Below are positions 62,189 through 64,000 of a stretch of 64,000 nucleotides of DNA, piece by piece. The position numbers and the translations under genes were made by a program. The notes under the pieces are model-generated. The model made no database searches. It saw only the letters and a program-made list of their open reading frames with translations, and was not told the origin of the DNA. Source of the DNA: Bugula neritina (lineage: Eukaryota; Animalia; Bryozoa); contig OZ037769.1 of NCBI GenBank assembly GCA_964035545.1, positions 15,530,633 through 15,594,632 of the forward strand, in the 5' to 3' direction. The stretch's first letter is position 1. The number at the start of each line of letters is the position of its first letter.

Positions 62189-64000
62189 CTTCAACATCAA
62201 CAATTCAACGAGTCACAAATAATCATATTTAAACAAATAATTAAGAAAAACTAATTAAAATATTAACTTCAATCTCGTTTAGCGAGTATATAAATGTAAA
62301 ACTACATGTAGGAAGCCGCCCTAGTACTAATTACACAGCTAATGACACATTGCGGTAGGGCTGAACCTCCCCCCAAACTAGTATAACAACCTAGCCTTAG
62401 GTCTAATTAAATGAAGTGAAAGAGGAACATCAAGGTGGAGCTACAGCTAGTAAATTAATTACATAGGTTGGGTGGGCAGCAATTAGTAACATTCTAAATA
62501 ATTATAAAAAATACTGAAATTAATTCTGTCATGCAGCAGACAAGCTATGCTACTGTAGTACAGATCTTGACAAATGCAATGCACGCACCTTATCCATAGG
62601 CATTTCTAATGATATTGATAATTTGCCGGAGAAAGACTACCTTTCCATTCAACTAAGTGTTAATTTATCTTAGAAGACAACATTAGTTAATTAAATAATC
62701 AGAATTTAAATATTTAAAATTCAAAAAGTTCAAACTACAATTTACAGAGGCCATGGCAAGATGAATGTACTAATTATTCATATGACAAATTACTATAAAT
62801 ATTACAGATTTGAATAAATTGTCTGACACGTTAGATTATAGAGACAATGTCAAGCGATGAATTGGGAACTGCCAGGAAAATGGCTGCATTTACTTAATTA
62901 TTTTTTAAATAATTAATATTTTTAGTTTACGTTGAAGAAATAAAAAAGACGCTAATGTAGTTACATGAACCAGGTTGGAGAGATACTGCTGTATGAAATA
63001 GAAACCCTCTAGCCAACGCCAGCTGAAAACTTTGCTATTTTTATCAAATTGATAGGAGATTGCAGCACAACATAATACCGCCAGATTATCAAAACCTCAT
63101 TGCAAGGAAATCATAAATGCATTAGTAATAATCATAAAATCATAGGACATCAATTAGCAGACATATATATTGTGTTACTACATAGAATGCATGTATGAAT
63201 CTATTACCTCTACTCCCACTACCACTGCTTACTGTCATGACAAGAAGTATAGCATTCGCAAGGCACACTTATTACTCCTTTGAAGATAGCTAATAGGTGT
63301 CATTCTATATACCTCCACCAACTTAAACCCTAATTTATTCTGGTTAAGTTGAATATCATTGACATTGTTTGCTGCCCTTAGTTAAGGCAGCGCTCAGTGT
63401 CGCGTGCAGGTGCTAATTAACCCAATTCAGTCGACACTTATCAGTTACAAGTTGAGGTGATAAAGATAAAAGAGAGAGGGTAGCCCTGCTAGACCACCAT
63501 GCACTCTCCCTCAGTATACTGTTCCTACTTCATACAAAAGAAAACAAAAGTGTGCCTACAGTATTTCCACAGCCATGGAAGAGATACACTTGGCCCGGTT
63601 TCCACTGGCAGCTGCATTAACACAACATGTAAAACTAAACGGAGAAATCCTGTTCAGATCATATTAAATTATTATTGTTTTTTATTTACCTAAAATATAT
63701 CTAGGTAAAAGATACACCCAGGTAAAATATTCAGTCTTAGCCAGGCACACAAACATTGCTTAGTCATTATTGTCCCTCCCTATTTATCTGTTCAATAAAA
63801 GTGACAAGAATATTTCTACCTCAACTTTCACCTCAACGTGGCCACTGTATTACATAACAATATTTTAATTACAGATTAATTGGTCTATTAATAACATTGC
63901 AGTATTATTTGTGCTTTAACTGGCCACACATTAAAAGCAAATTAGACACTGAAAGAGCTGAGGTGAATATTGATGCTGTAACCAGCTCTTGATGGGGTTT

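Overview
AT-rich, intron-rich animal (invertebrate) genomic DNA; the exact taxon cannot be determined from the sequence. Protein-coding genes are a 3-exon bZIP factor (+, 81-1110), a multi-exon Toll-like receptor (-, 10763-17696), a catalytically dead cholinesterase/neuroligin-like membrane protein (+, 19860-25200), COG4 (+, 30934-40254), an NK6 homeobox gene (-, 41187-44695) and the 3' part of SLU7 (-, 49526 to beyond 62188). The main hidden system is at about 26010-30640 on the minus strand, where the ORF track shows nothing real. It is a non-coding, 5'TOP-type polycistronic snoRNA host gene, head-to-head with COG4, with about 18 introns that each carry one box C/D or H/ACA snoRNA or a decayed copy. 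Several guides map by the D+5 or pseudouridylation-pocket rules onto conserved rRNA modification sites. One predicts an unusual site at the 18S 5' end, one is an orphan hairpin RNA, and two families jointly predict a lineage-specific 28S base change. The cluster shows recent internal duplication and pseudogenisation. The window also holds a 2.9-kb foldback DNA transposon with ~890-bp TIRs, a MITE, a tRNA-Thr-derived SINE with a 16-bp TSD, a kB palindrome between the TLR and esterase-like genes, and many introns built from tandem copies of their own splice-site sequence. rRNA targets and orthologue comparisons were made by eye from remembered conserved sequences; exon coordinates are manual and approximate.
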